This document shows positions 27,620 to 37,075 of a stretch of DNA of 64,000 bases, piece after piece. Numbering within the stretch: position 1 is the stretch's first letter; each line of letters starts with the position of its first letter. Below the pieces are notes generated by a model. The model had not been told where the DNA came from. It saw only the letters and a list, made by a program, of their open reading frames with translations, and searched no databases. The position numbers were made by a program, and so were the translations under genes. The DNA comes from Candidatus Latescibacterota bacterium (GTDB taxonomy: Bacteria; Latescibacterota; UBA2968; UBA8231), in the NCBI GenBank assembly GCA_965261395.1, contig OZ253462.1:3136001-3200000 (forward strand), read 5' to 3'.

Positions 27620-29605
27620 TTAAAACACAATGCTCGACACCGCTTTAGAAATCAGCGCCAGCGCGATGGAAGACATGCCGACCAAGCCCATCCCGCACGA
27701 ATAGCCGGCCAAGAGAATCGGCGCGTACGCCCGCCAGCGCGCTTCGCCAAAGCGCTTCTGCAAGTGATAGCGGCCCAGCAAGGCGCCGATGAAGTTGAGC
27801 AGCAGAAAGTGCGGCCACGCGCCCACGCCGCCGATGAATCCGTAGAACAGGGCGACCGGCCAGCGCAAGAGCGCCAATGCGCCCAAAATCCCCGCGCTGC
27901 CCAGCGCACCCGTGAGCACGTATTCCCAGCGAATGATGGTCTTGATCAGCTCGTTGCCGCCCTCGGCAAGGGTCGATTTGGCCCAGAACGCCTGCATGGT
28001 GGCGTGGAAAGGCCAAAACTTCTGCACGTAGGGATAGGCTGCCGAGGGAATCGGCCCGAGTTTCCAGATAAAAGACCAGAACACAAACGAGCAGACGAAC
28101 ATGATTAGCAAAGTAACGCCGGCCAGCTTGACGATGCTGCCGAAGTGGGTGCGGGTCAGTTCGAGTTGCTTGAAGGCCGCGGCTTCGTAGCCCCACTGGA
28201 AGAGCGGGATCGGCGCAAACCACACGGCCGCGCCCTGATAGCCCGACAGGTAAAAGGAGCCTTCGCGCAGATAGGGGAAGGACGCTCCTTGCGGCGAGCC
28301 GGTCAGGCCGATCATGCGCGCGCCGATGTACGAGTAAATCGGCGTCCACACAAAGCCGAAGAACGCGCTGATCCACCAGGGAAATTCCGGCACCAAATAC
28401 CAGACCAAGGCCACGAAGCCGAGCGTGCTCACCGCCCAGATACCCAAGGCGAGGGGGATGGGGATGTCGCCGCGGTCCTTGGTTAGGCGCTCGTCGTCCT
28501 CGCGCTTAACCCCGCGCAACGTCCACAGGGTCTTGCCCACCATGGCAAAGCCCATCACGGCCACGAGGACCGCGCCGCCAATGGAAAAGCTGAGCCAGAA
28601 GTCGAAGGAGTTGGCGATCTGCGTTGGGATCGCCGACATGCCCGGCTCCCAAGTGTGCAGCACGTCGTAGGTGTAGAGCACCGGATTGACGAGGATGTTG
28701 ACGAGAAAGGCCGCGGCAAAGGAGCCGACCACGATCCAAAAGGGCAGGACAAAGCCGACCATGACGTGCCCGAGGTCGGTGCCAATGCCCATGATGCTGG
28801 CCGGCAGCATTTCTTTGAGCGAGACGGTCAGGTCGATAAACGGAATCGGCAGGATCGTCACCGTTTCGGTAAAGAAAATGCCCGAGATCGTGGGGATGAC
28901 CACGTAGAACAGCCCCCAGATAATGCCGATAAAGGCCCCGACGCTAAAGACCTCCCAGCGCCAGCCTTGGCTCGGCCCCGAGCTCTCGGCGAGGGCGGTC
29001 GCGCCGCCAGCCTGCACCGCGGCCAACGGGTACGGCAGGCGCTCGATGTCGTTGGTGATGCGGAAGAGTACGTAGCCCAAGGACAGGCTGTTGACCTTCT
29101 GCATCACGATGACGATCAGCAGCAGGGCAATGGGCTTGATCCAGTCGGGGTGCATAAAGGAGCGCCCCTCTAGGGCTTGTGAGCCGCGCGGCGGCACCAC
29201 CCAATCGGGGATGTACTGGTGCAAGCCGTCGGCTTGGGGCGATTGGATCAAGTACTGGTCCCAGATCAGCCCGCCAAAAGGCCCGCCGAACAGCTCGGCT
29301 CCGGTGCCCAATTTGCCGCCCATCACGACCAAGCCGCCGGCCACCCAGTAGAGAATAATCACCTCTTGGGTGCGCAGGCGCACAAAGGAGCGCTTGGCGA
29401 TTTCGATGAAGAGAATGAGCGTCACCCACTCGGCGCCGCCGGCCATGCTCTGGCCGGTCACCAACCCCAAGTAGATGGCTCCGGGCATCATGATGAAGCC
29501 GACAAAGAGCGCGGCCCACAAGGTCTTGACGTTGAAGCCCGGTTCGAATTGGAGGTCCGAGGGAATCAGCTCGGGCGCTTTTTCTTTTTTGTCGTCTTGA
29601 GCCAT
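27620..29605 (-). CDS. OPT-like (oligopeptide transporter-related) membrane protein
   Basis: Highly hydrophobic 661 aa; PGAIYLGLVTG, DIERLPYPLA, PIPSAAYPY motifs; directly downstream of the DUF6785 gene. Confidence 0.65.
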   Translation of the reverse strand: MAQDDKKEKAPELIPSDLQFEPGFNVKTLWAALFVGFIMMPGAIYLGLVTGQSMAGGAEWVTLILFIEIAKRSFVRLRTQEVIILYWVAGGLVVMGGKLGTGAELFGGPFGGLIWDQYLIQSPQADGLHQYIPDWVVPPRGSQALEGRSFMHPDWIKPIALLLIVIVMQKVNSLSLGYVLFRITNDIERLPYPLAAVQAGGATALAESSGPSQGWRWEVFSVGAFIGIIWGLFYVVIPTISGIFFTETVTILPIPFIDLTVSLKEMLPASIMGIGTDLGHVMVGFVLPFWIVVGSFAAAFLVNILVNPVLYTYDVLHTWEPGMSAIPTQIANSFDFWLSFSIGGAVLVAVMGFAMVGKTLWTLRGVKREDDERLTKDRGDIPIPLALGIWAVSTLGFVALVWYLVPEFPWWISAFFGFVWTPIYSYIGARMIGLTGSPQGASFPYLREGSFYLSGYQGAAVWFAPIPLFQWGYEAAAFKQLELTRTHFGSIVKLAGVTLLIMFVCSFVFWSFIWKLGPIPSAAYPYVQKFWPFHATMQAFWAKSTLAEGGNELIKTIIRWEYVLTGALGSAGILGALALLRWPVALFYGFIGGVGAWPHFLLLNFIGALLGRYHLQKRFGEARWRAYAPILLAGYSCGMGLVGMSSIALALISKAVSSIVF

Positions 29606-29608
29606 CGG

Positions 29609-31519
29609 CTAGTTTCCGTATAGCGGGTGCCCCTGCCCGGGGAACCAAATCATATCGATGCAAAAGGACAGGCCAATCCCGGTGAAGTACCCGAGGATGA
29701 GGCCGATGAAAAAGGGCTGGGCGTGCTGGTAGAGGCCAATGCCGCCCGAGCGCATGATGGCCCATTTGGCCAGCCAAGAGACGAAGATCGAAAAGACGAT
29801 GATGGTCATGGGGTAGGAACAAATGCCGACCGGCATGCCAATCGGGTGCAGGGGCCACCAGGGGAAGCGATAGCGCATAAAGGTCAGCAGCCCCATCGCC
29901 CCCGCGCCGCTGATGAGGTGCCCCAATCGCGTCCAATCCGGGGCCTTGAGGTCAATTTTGCGCAGGCTTTCCACGTAGGGCACTTGCGATCCGGTGCCGA
30001 AGATCCAACCCCCGTAATTGTACGCGCCAAAGGAGTAGCCCATATAGAGCGCGAAGGCCATGGAGACGACGAGGGCCACCAGCGCCGAGAGGAGGATGTA
30101 GAAGCTCAGCCAGCGGCGGTTGCCGCGGATGTGGTCGGACACCTTGGCGCTGTTGGCGGCGGCGACCATGAAAAAGCCCTTGAGTTCGTGGTGCCAGCCG
30201 TAGGATAGCCCCATGGCGATGTTGCTCTGCGCGGTGGCGTGCGGCCCGAGCGCGTAGCCGACGAAGGTTTGGCCGACTAGCGGTGCGCGGCTGAAGAGCA
30301 AGCCACCCTCCATGATGATGCGCGTAATGCCGATGTAGAGGACCAAGGTGGCCAAGATGAAGAGCGCGACCGTGGGCAGGTTCATGCCAGCTCGCCACAT
30401 CCAGAAGGCGATGTAGAGCAGGGCCAGTCCGCCGCCAAAGACGATCATCCGGTAGGACATCAGCTCGTCTGAGTCGTCGATGTCCGCATCGTTGTGCACG
30501 GCTTTGCGCCAGATCGCGCCGAGGTGCCCGCGCGCCATCCACAGCATGCCGACGACGAGGGCGATCAGGGCACCGAAAGACTGCCAGCCGATGCCGGGGT
30601 GCCCGAGGGTGTACACGTCGCGGCCGGCAATGGTGTAGCCAAAGCGGTTGAATAGGCCCTCTTGCAGCATGGTCAGCACCGTGAAAAACCACATGCTGAA
30701 GGACACATCGAGATTGACGAAGTACGTGAAACCGACGATGGCCCAGTTGATATTGGTGTTGATGGCGGGAAATTCGCGACCAATGCGGATGGGGTCGGAC
30801 AGGTCGCGTGGGATGGGTGGAAAGGCCGGAGTGAAGTACGTGACCACATTCCACATAACCATGCAGAAGGGCAGGGCAAAGCCGAACCAGAATGCCTTTT
30901 GGCGCACAAAGCTGGGCCAGTTAGAGCCGCGCGGCGGGGCGATGAGCTGTTGGGGCAATTCCATCAAGGCGAAGGGTAGGCGCTCGTATTCGACCCATTG
31001 CTTGCGCAGGGCCGCGACCATGCACTGACACAAAAAGAAGATGGCCATTACCAAGCTGGTCCACCAAAAGAACGGACCGATCCAAGCGCCCCAAGGGATG
31101 GATTCGCCCGCGGGTAGGCCGTTGTAGAACCACTTGAGGGCAATCGCGTCGTTGGGCACCAGCCATTCCTCGATGTACTGCACTACTTTGCTCTGCCACT
31201 GATTTTCGGGCGAGGCAAAGTACTGGGGGGCGGCGACGACCGCGATCATGTAGGTGGAGGTCCCCCAGGTGGGAATTGAGGCCCCCACCAAGGACATGGT
31301 GAAGATGAGGCCGAGTTCGCTGGTGCCTAGGCCGCGCACTTTTAGCAGCGACTTGACCGTGGCGTTGAGAAAAACCAAGCCGGTAAAGAGAAAGACCACG
31401 CTCAAGGGTAGGTAGCTGATCGCCCACTGCGAGGACTTGAGGATGAACATGCTGTACGGGGCCCCGATGTTGATCAGGACCACGAGGCTCAAGCCGATGA
31501 GCAAGGCGCGTGCGGTCAT
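29609..31519 (-). CDS. DUF6785/DUF6784-type membrane protein
   Basis: RKQWVEYERLPFAL, RIIMEGGL, WWPLHPIG, GGIGLY..QPFFIG; paralog of 19560 and 58606. Confidence 0.8.
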   Translation of the reverse strand: MTARALLIGLSLVVLINIGAPYSMFILKSSQWAISYLPLSVVFLFTGLVFLNATVKSLLKVRGLGTSELGLIFTMSLVGASIPTWGTSTYMIAVVAAPQYFASPENQWQSKVVQYIEEWLVPNDAIALKWFYNGLPAGESIPWGAWIGPFFWWTSLVMAIFFLCQCMVAALRKQWVEYERLPFALMELPQQLIAPPRGSNWPSFVRQKAFWFGFALPFCMVMWNVVTYFTPAFPPIPRDLSDPIRIGREFPAINTNINWAIVGFTYFVNLDVSFSMWFFTVLTMLQEGLFNRFGYTIAGRDVYTLGHPGIGWQSFGALIALVVGMLWMARGHLGAIWRKAVHNDADIDDSDELMSYRMIVFGGGLALLYIAFWMWRAGMNLPTVALFILATLVLYIGITRIIMEGGLLFSRAPLVGQTFVGYALGPHATAQSNIAMGLSYGWHHELKGFFMVAAANSAKVSDHIRGNRRWLSFYILLSALVALVVSMAFALYMGYSFGAYNYGGWIFGTGSQVPYVESLRKIDLKAPDWTRLGHLISGAGAMGLLTFMRYRFPWWPLHPIGMPVGICSYPMTIIVFSIFVSWLAKWAIMRSGGIGLYQHAQPFFIGLILGYFTGIGLSFCIDMIWFPGQGHPLYGN

Positions 31520-31524
31520 GTCGG

Positions 31525-31634
31525 CTACTGGGCGCTACTGAGGGCAATGGACGGCACCCGCTCTCGGTACTCTTGGCGGATTCCCGGCGACAGGGGTGGC
31601 CACACGAGGAATCGCTTGCAAAGCACGTTGAGGA
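31525..31634 (-). pseudogene. Relic duplicate of the 3' end of the M28/FtsX gene
   Basis: 31572-31634 matches 32458-32520 at 57/63 nt; reads LNVLCKRFLVWPPLSPGIRQEYRERVPSIALSSAQ* with the stop 5 nt before the next ATG. Confidence 0.8.
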
Positions 31635-31677
31635 TTTGGCTCATGCCCCCTCGATCTTCTTTCGGCTCTTCATGGCT

Positions 31678-32058
31678 TCAAACCTCCATGGTGGCCACAT
31701 CGTATCGTCGAATGTGGCCATCCCCGGTCACGAGGATCAGCTCTTCGGTTCGAGCTTGGGCAATCAGGAACCGATCGAATGGATCCCGGTGGTGCATTGG
31801 GAGGCTGCCGGCCTGCTCAGCGTGATGGAACGTCAGCGGAAGGTGGGTGAAGCCTTTTTCCTCAACCAACATCGACAGATCGTCTGGAGCGACCAAGCGA
31901 CCCTTTGCCCGCTTGACCGCGATTTCCCACCCGGTGATGGCGCTGACGAAGACGTCATTGTGCGGATCGGCGATTGTAGCACGGGTACCTTCGGCCAGTT
32001 GCTCAACATCGGACAGCCACCATAAAAAGGTGTGGGTATCCAACAGTAGCCGCGACAT
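31678..32058 (-). CDS. vapC: PIN-domain (VapC family) toxin
   Basis: LLLDTHTFLWW, SAITGWEIAVK, HRDPFDRFLIAQA, LVTGD. Confidence 0.92.
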   Translation of the reverse strand: MSRLLLDTHTFLWWLSDVEQLAEGTRATIADPHNDVFVSAITGWEIAVKRAKGRLVAPDDLSMLVEEKGFTHLPLTFHHAEQAGSLPMHHRDPFDRFLIAQARTEELILVTGDGHIRRYDVATMEV

Positions 32059-32060
32059 TG

Positions 32061-32315
32061 CTAACCCTTAGCTGGGAAAATTTTCGAGTCCTCAAGCAGA
32101 TCCATGAGTTCTTCATCAGGATCGTCGAAGTCTGGAGACATCCAGATTTTTCCTTCTAGCCCACCAGGCTGACGTTCCTCCAGACGATCCCGATACGGTT
32201 CCAGCCGCAAATACGGCTCGCCGGCCTTGGCGATCACCACTTCTTCCCCCTCCCAAGCCAACTTACCTAGGCGCGAAAGTTGCGATTTGGCCTCGTGCAT
32301 GTTCACCTTCATCAT
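32061..32315 (-). CDS. Phd/YefM family antitoxin
   Basis: VNMHEAKSQLSRL...GEEVVIAKAGEP...IWMSPDFD, immediately upstream of the toxin. Confidence 0.9.
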   Translation of the reverse strand: MMKVNMHEAKSQLSRLGKLAWEGEEVVIAKAGEPYLRLEPYRDRLEERQPGGLEGKIWMSPDFDDPDEELMDLLEDSKIFPAKG

Positions 32316-32329
32316 TATGGATCCTCCGA

Positions 32330-32375
32330 TAGCTAAGTTAAGCTAAGTCTATATTTTGCGGCGGGGCCTTGTCAA
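32330..32375 (-). promoter_or_regulatory. Toxin-antitoxin promoter with probable autorepression operator
   Basis: TTGACA-18 bp-TAGACT on the minus strand; AGCTAAGT repeated at 32331 and 32341, overlapping the -10/+1 region. Confidence 0.6.
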
Positions 32376-32401
32376 GGACGAACGGCAAGCGGCTTAGTGC
32401 A

Positions 32402-35400
32402 TTACACCGCCTGCTGCCCAGCCCCGGCAAACGCCTCTTCCGCCGCGTCCTGATACCCTTGGCGGATCCCCGGCGACAGGGTGCGCCACACGAGGAATCG
32501 CTTGCGCAGCACGTTGAGGAACTTGCGATTCATCCGCTGCCAAGAGGCCACGTCGCCGCTGAGGCGCTCGATGTGGGTCTCGATCTTGTAGATGTGGTGC
32601 TCGCCGGTGGGGGTCGCCTGCAGGCGCACCTGCTGGCTGATCCCTAGGTCGTAGGGCGCCAGCCAAGTGCGCATGGCAATGGCGTAGGATGGCTCCGGCC
32701 CGTCTGCGGCGATGGATAGCTCGACGTCGCGGGCGATGAAGTCGCCGATCGAACCTTCGCCATAGGCGGCGAAGACCGACTTGAGGTACACGTACATGCT
32801 CGGCACCTCGGCTCCGCCGACCGTGAAGGGAAAATCAAAGCGCCAGTGATCGCCGACGGGCGGAGGGAATTGCCATTGCCGCGTCACGTCTGGGACGGCC
32901 ATGTTGGCCGCCATGCGCGCTGGATACAAGGTCGATAAATAAACCGTGCCGATGACGACGACCGTAGCCCACACCGCAGAGAGCGACGAGTAGTTGAGCG
33001 TCAGGCCAGCGAGTAGCCCGTATTGCAGCATGAACAGATGGGCGATTTGGCCTAGGACGTAGCCGACCACCGCGCCAAAGGTGGCAAAGACCGTGGACTC
33101 GGCCAAGAACAGCAGGCCGATGTGGCTGGGGGCCAAGCCGACGACGCTGTAGATGCCGATTTCGCGCACGCGCTCATACACGGCCCCCATCATGGTATTG
33201 AGCACGATCAAGGCGGCGATGATCACCGGTACCAAAAGCTGACCGGCCCCGCTTATTTCGGTGGAGCCGATCGAGCTGTAGGCCACGACGCGGTCCCCTT
33301 GGCCGACGAACAAGGTCAGCGCGACCCGCGACATAAAGGATTCCACGCGCCGAACAAACTCCGGGTCGCTGGCGTCGGCGGCAATGGCGATGGAGCGCAG
33401 GCGGCCGTCCATAGCGCGGACGCGCTGGTAGGGCAAGAAGAGGGTATTGACCACTTCGAGGTGGTTGAAGGTCTCGACCGCGGTGGCGGCCAAGGCGCGC
33501 GGGTCCTCGGTGCTCTCACGGGTGATGAGGCCGGCGTCTTTAACCGTATCCACGGGCGTCAGGCGCTCGCCATCGAGATCGACGATTTCTTTTAGGGCCG
33601 CGCTGTCGAACAGGCCGATGACTTGGTACTCCTCGCCGTAGAGCGCGATGGTGGCCGTGCCCACGTCTTCGGCCCCAATGCCGACGAGCGCGGCTAGGCT
33701 GTCGGGCAAGATGACGACCTTGTCGTCGCCCGCGGCGAAGAAGCGGCCGGCCGAGATGTGCGCGTCGAGGCCGGTGACCTCAGCTTCGGCCGGCTGTAGG
33801 CCCACCAAGCCGTGCGCGAAGCTGGCCGCGCCGGTCGCGGTGGCGGCAAAGTCGATAAAGGCCCGTTCGGATTCGACCGGCGACAAGTACCAAGCGCGCG
33901 GCACTACCAAGGCGCGGTCGCCGAATGCGCTCTGCACGTAGTCCAAGATGGAATCCTGCATGCCGCGCCAAGCGCGGTCGCGGATGAGGCCGCCCTCGTA
34001 TAGGGGCGGAGTGTCACGCGGCAGGCGATAGAAGTCGAGGCTGGACTTGACCGAGGTAAAGGAATTGACGGTAAAGGTCAAAAAGGTCAGGGTCGCGGCC
34101 GTCAGCGCGGTGCGCAGGCGGCGTTTGCTCAAGTTGGAGATGCCCAACAGCACGGCCGCAAAACCCGCGGCGATGCGCCCCACGTCGGTCTCGTGCACGC
34201 CCGAGGCTGCGCCCTTGCGCCGTTGCAAAAGCGCTTTGAAGCGCGCGACGACGATGAAGATGACGAGGACGCCCAAGGCGAGGATGACAAACGCAAGGAA
34301 GATGATGTACGGCGAGGAACTCAGCTTGAAGGCTGGATGGACGAAGCGCAGGATCAGAAACACGAGGACGAAAATGCCGACAAAGCCAGCGATTTGCCGC
34401 CGCACGTCCGGGAAGCCGAAGAAGAAGCGCTCGCAGAAGAAGGCAAAGGGCAACAGCAGCGCGAAGTAGAAAATCACCGCGCGAACCGCGTCGTTGGCAG
34501 TGGCCTTGACTTCCGGGTAGATGCGGGCCTCCAGCCCGAGGGCACGGCGCACGGCGCGCTGGTAGCCGGTGTAATCGAACGCCGCGAGTTTGTCGCGGGC
34601 TTCGAGCAGGGCCTCCCGCGCTTGATCGTGCATGGCCTGTAGCTGTTCGAGGACGATGCCGTGGCGCACCATTTGTTTGATCCGCGCCTCGTCGAGGATC
34701 CAGATGTCACGGGCCGCCTGCAACGCCGGGTAGGGAATGAGGCCTTGTTCGACGGGGAAGCCCGCGCCCTGTGCCCGCTCAATGGTCGCCAGATCAACGC
34801 CGGCCGGATCGAGTTCGGCGAACAGGGCAGAGTCCGCGTTGGTGAGCATGTAGCGCACGCCGGCGAGTGCGCTCTCGCCGCCGAAGGCTCCTTCACCGGC
34901 GAGGATCTTGACGCGGGTGCCCGGCTCAGCGAACACCACGCCGGCCTGCACCACCCGGTCCTGTACCGCGCTTTGGTTTTCGATGTAGTTGAGGGAGAAG
35001 GAGCGCGGCGGCGCGTTGTTGGTGCCGAGGACATTGACGCGGTCCATGGCTGATAGGTAGCGCGGATCAACGACCTCCAAGAAGCTCAGGGCGCGGCAGC
35101 GAAACAGGACCTGCAACATGCGGTTTTCCCACCAGCCATACGGCTGAGTGCCCGGGTAGGTTTTGTCGCCCTCCTCGCCGAGGTCGGGTGCGGAGACGAT
35201 GCGCCCGTATTCGTCTAGTTCAAAGGCTTGGATCCGGTTGGCAAAGCGGTTGCGCACGATGTCGAACTTGAAGTAGCCGCTCTCGTCCCCGTGCGTGGCC
35301 ATAAGGGTGCGCACGCCGGCCACGGAGTTGGGGCCGGGCTGGAGATAGGTGACGAGGGCGTTGGGCACTGGGGCCTTGGGTACGGCGAAATTCACGTCGC

Positions 35401-37015
35401 GGTCGAACCAGTAGATGTTGCCCTCTAGGCTGTGGCCCCAATCGCGCAGGGTCAGCTTGGTGTCGTTGAAAAAGTCGGGGTCGGAAGCGGCCTTGAGCAG
35501 CAGCCCGGCTATGGTGCGGGTCTGTGCGGCGAGGTTGTCCAGCGCGACGAATTCGAGCCGGTCGAGGGGCGTATCGACGCGCTGGCGCAGTTGGTTGGGC
35601 GTGACGAAAGAGAGCGCCTCCTTGCCCACAAAGGCCGCGGCCTCGCTGTCGAGGGCTAGCCGCACGGGCATGAAGTTTTTCCACACCCGCTTCTGCGGGG
35701 CAATGGCGTCTTGGTAGCGGGTCGAGTCGGCGAAAATCTCGCGGTTGTAGCGGGCAAAGCGCGCGGCGTAGTGCGCCATCAAGTTCTTCTGATAGTCGTC
35801 GTTGCGCCAAGCCGAGTTGTAGAACGTGCCCATGGTAAAGCTGCCAACTTGGGGGCTGTGGCTGGCCAAGTCGAGGCCGACGAAGAGGCGGAAGTCGATG
35901 CGCTCGGCGGGCGGGATCTGGTCGCGGAAATGCTCGCTTTTGCGCGCGTGGCGGTAGAGGAAATCGTTGACGCCGGCCAAGCCCTGAAAGTGCCCAGGGG
36001 TGGCCAAAAAGAGCACGGTGTAGCGGGTGCCTTCGGCGACGAGCAAACGCGCGATTTCGAGCAGTGCGGCCATGCCGGTTGCGTTCTCGGCCCCTGGGGC
36101 CAGCGCGGGGACGACCGAGATCGCGTCGTAGTGTGCTTGCAGGACGATGATTTGGTCGCCCCATTGCTGGATTTCGCGGCGCTGACCGCGCGGCATGTCC
36201 TCGGCTAAGCCCGGGAGGATGGCAAATATGTTGCGCGCCTGGACCTGCTCCCAGTCCATGCGCGCTTCGAGATGTACTTGGGAGTCGTCGCTGCGCGCTC
36301 GCTGCCGCAGGACCTCTGCGTCCGCCGCTTCGACCCAAAAGCGCGGGATGTCCGCGGGCACTTGGAGGAATTTTTCAGCGGCCTCGCTGCGGGTGGCGTG
36401 GCCATCGTCGTACAGCAAGATGGCCTGTGCGCCCAAGGCCCGCGCTTCGACGTGGGCCTTGCCCGAGCCAAATCCCATTAGCGCGATGCTGCCCGCTAGC
36501 TGCTGACCGTCCATCTCGGCTAAGCTGCCGCGTCCCACGTCTATGAGGTGGCCGGAGACGCCGCCCGGCGGCAGGGATGGCGGGCGCACGTGGTTGGGCC
36601 ACAATCCGTAGATGGGAATGGGCGCGTCCGAGCCGATCAAGCGGAGCCGACCACCGCGATCTAGGGGGACGGAGAGAGGGAAAATCTCGCTGGTGACTTG
36701 GAGGCCGAGACGGCGGAATTCCCCTTCGATATAGCGGGCCGCATTGGTGGCTCCCGCATAGCCAGTGACGCGGGACGAGTCTGCGGTGAGGATGCGGAGG
36801 TGGCGCTCTAGATCGGCGGCGTTTATTTGCGCGACGGCTTCGCGCAGCGAGGGCGCTTGGTCGGTCGCCGGCACTTCGCGCAGTGGCACCCAGCCAATGG
36901 CCCGTTCCATCCAGCGCGAAATCGCAGCCGGATCAAAGACCGTGACCGATAGCAGGAAGAAGGCCGCGGTGGCGAACAGGAGGAATTTGGTCAGCATTAA
37001 ACGAATGCCCAGCAC
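32402..37015 (-). CDS. Large fusion of a degenerate M28-peptidase-like periplasmic domain and an FtsX-like permease
   Basis: N-terminal TM; QAHYD, APGAENATGMAALLEIAR; C-terminal VLNTMMGAVYERVREIGIYSVVGL...FLAES (FtsX). Start may be 36997. Confidence 0.8.
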   Translation of the reverse strand: MLGIRLMLTKFLLFATAAFFLLSVTVFDPAAISRWMERAIGWVPLREVPATDQAPSLREAVAQINAADLERHLRILTADSSRVTGYAGATNAARYIEGEFRRLGLQVTSEIFPLSVPLDRGGRLRLIGSDAPIPIYGLWPNHVRPPSLPPGGVSGHLIDVGRGSLAEMDGQQLAGSIALMGFGSGKAHVEARALGAQAILLYDDGHATRSEAAEKFLQVPADIPRFWVEAADAEVLRQRARSDDSQVHLEARMDWEQVQARNIFAILPGLAEDMPRGQRREIQQWGDQIIVLQAHYDAISVVPALAPGAENATGMAALLEIARLLVAEGTRYTVLFLATPGHFQGLAGVNDFLYRHARKSEHFRDQIPPAERIDFRLFVGLDLASHSPQVGSFTMGTFYNSAWRNDDYQKNLMAHYAARFARYNREIFADSTRYQDAIAPQKRVWKNFMPVRLALDSEAAAFVGKEALSFVTPNQLRQRVDTPLDRLEFVALDNLAAQTRTIAGLLLKAASDPDFFNDTKLTLRDWGHSLEGNIYWFDRDVNFAVPKAPVPNALVTYLQPGPNSVAGVRTLMATHGDESGYFKFDIVRNRFANRIQAFELDEYGRIVSAPDLGEEGDKTYPGTQPYGWWENRMLQVLFRCRALSFLEVVDPRYLSAMDRVNVLGTNNAPPRSFSLNYIENQSAVQDRVVQAGVVFAEPGTRVKILAGEGAFGGESALAGVRYMLTNADSALFAELDPAGVDLATIERAQGAGFPVEQGLIPYPALQAARDIWILDEARIKQMVRHGIVLEQLQAMHDQAREALLEARDKLAAFDYTGYQRAVRRALGLEARIYPEVKATANDAVRAVIFYFALLLPFAFFCERFFFGFPDVRRQIAGFVGIFVLVFLILRFVHPAFKLSSSPYIIFLAFVILALGVLVIFIVVARFKALLQRRKGAASGVHETDVGRIAAGFAAVLLGISNLSKRRLRTALTAATLTFLTFTVNSFTSVKSSLDFYRLPRDTPPLYEGGLIRDRAWRGMQDSILDYVQSAFGDRALVVPRAWYLSPVESERAFIDFAATATGAASFAHGLVGLQPAEAEVTGLDAHISAGRFFAAGDDKVVILPDSLAALVGIGAEDVGTATIALYGEEYQVIGLFDSAALKEIVDLDGERLTPVDTVKDAGLITRESTEDPRALAATAVETFNHLEVVNTLFLPYQRVRAMDGRLRSIAIAADASDPEFVRRVESFMSRVALTLFVGQGDRVVAYSSIGSTEISGAGQLLVPVIIAALIVLNTMMGAVYERVREIGIYSVVGLAPSHIGLLFLAESTVFATFGAVVGYVLGQIAHLFMLQYGLLAGLTLNYSSLSAVWATVVVIGTVYLSTLYPARMAANMAVPDVTRQWQFPPPVGDHWRFDFPFTVGGAEVPSMYVYLKSVFAAYGEGSIGDFIARDVELSIAADGPEPSYAIAMRTWLAPYDLGISQQVRLQATPTGEHHIYKIETHIERLSGDVASWQRMNRKFLNVLRKRFLVWRTLSPGIRQGYQDAAEEAFAGAGQQAV

Positions 37016-37075
37016 TGGACAGCAAAAGAGGCAGGCCGCGGCCTGCCCCTAGGCTACTCAGCTTGGCCTGCCCGG

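Noticed and set aside
31525-32520. IS or prophage call for the TA insert
   Set aside because: No transposase, integrase or terminal inverted repeats; reported only as an insertion with a direct repeat.
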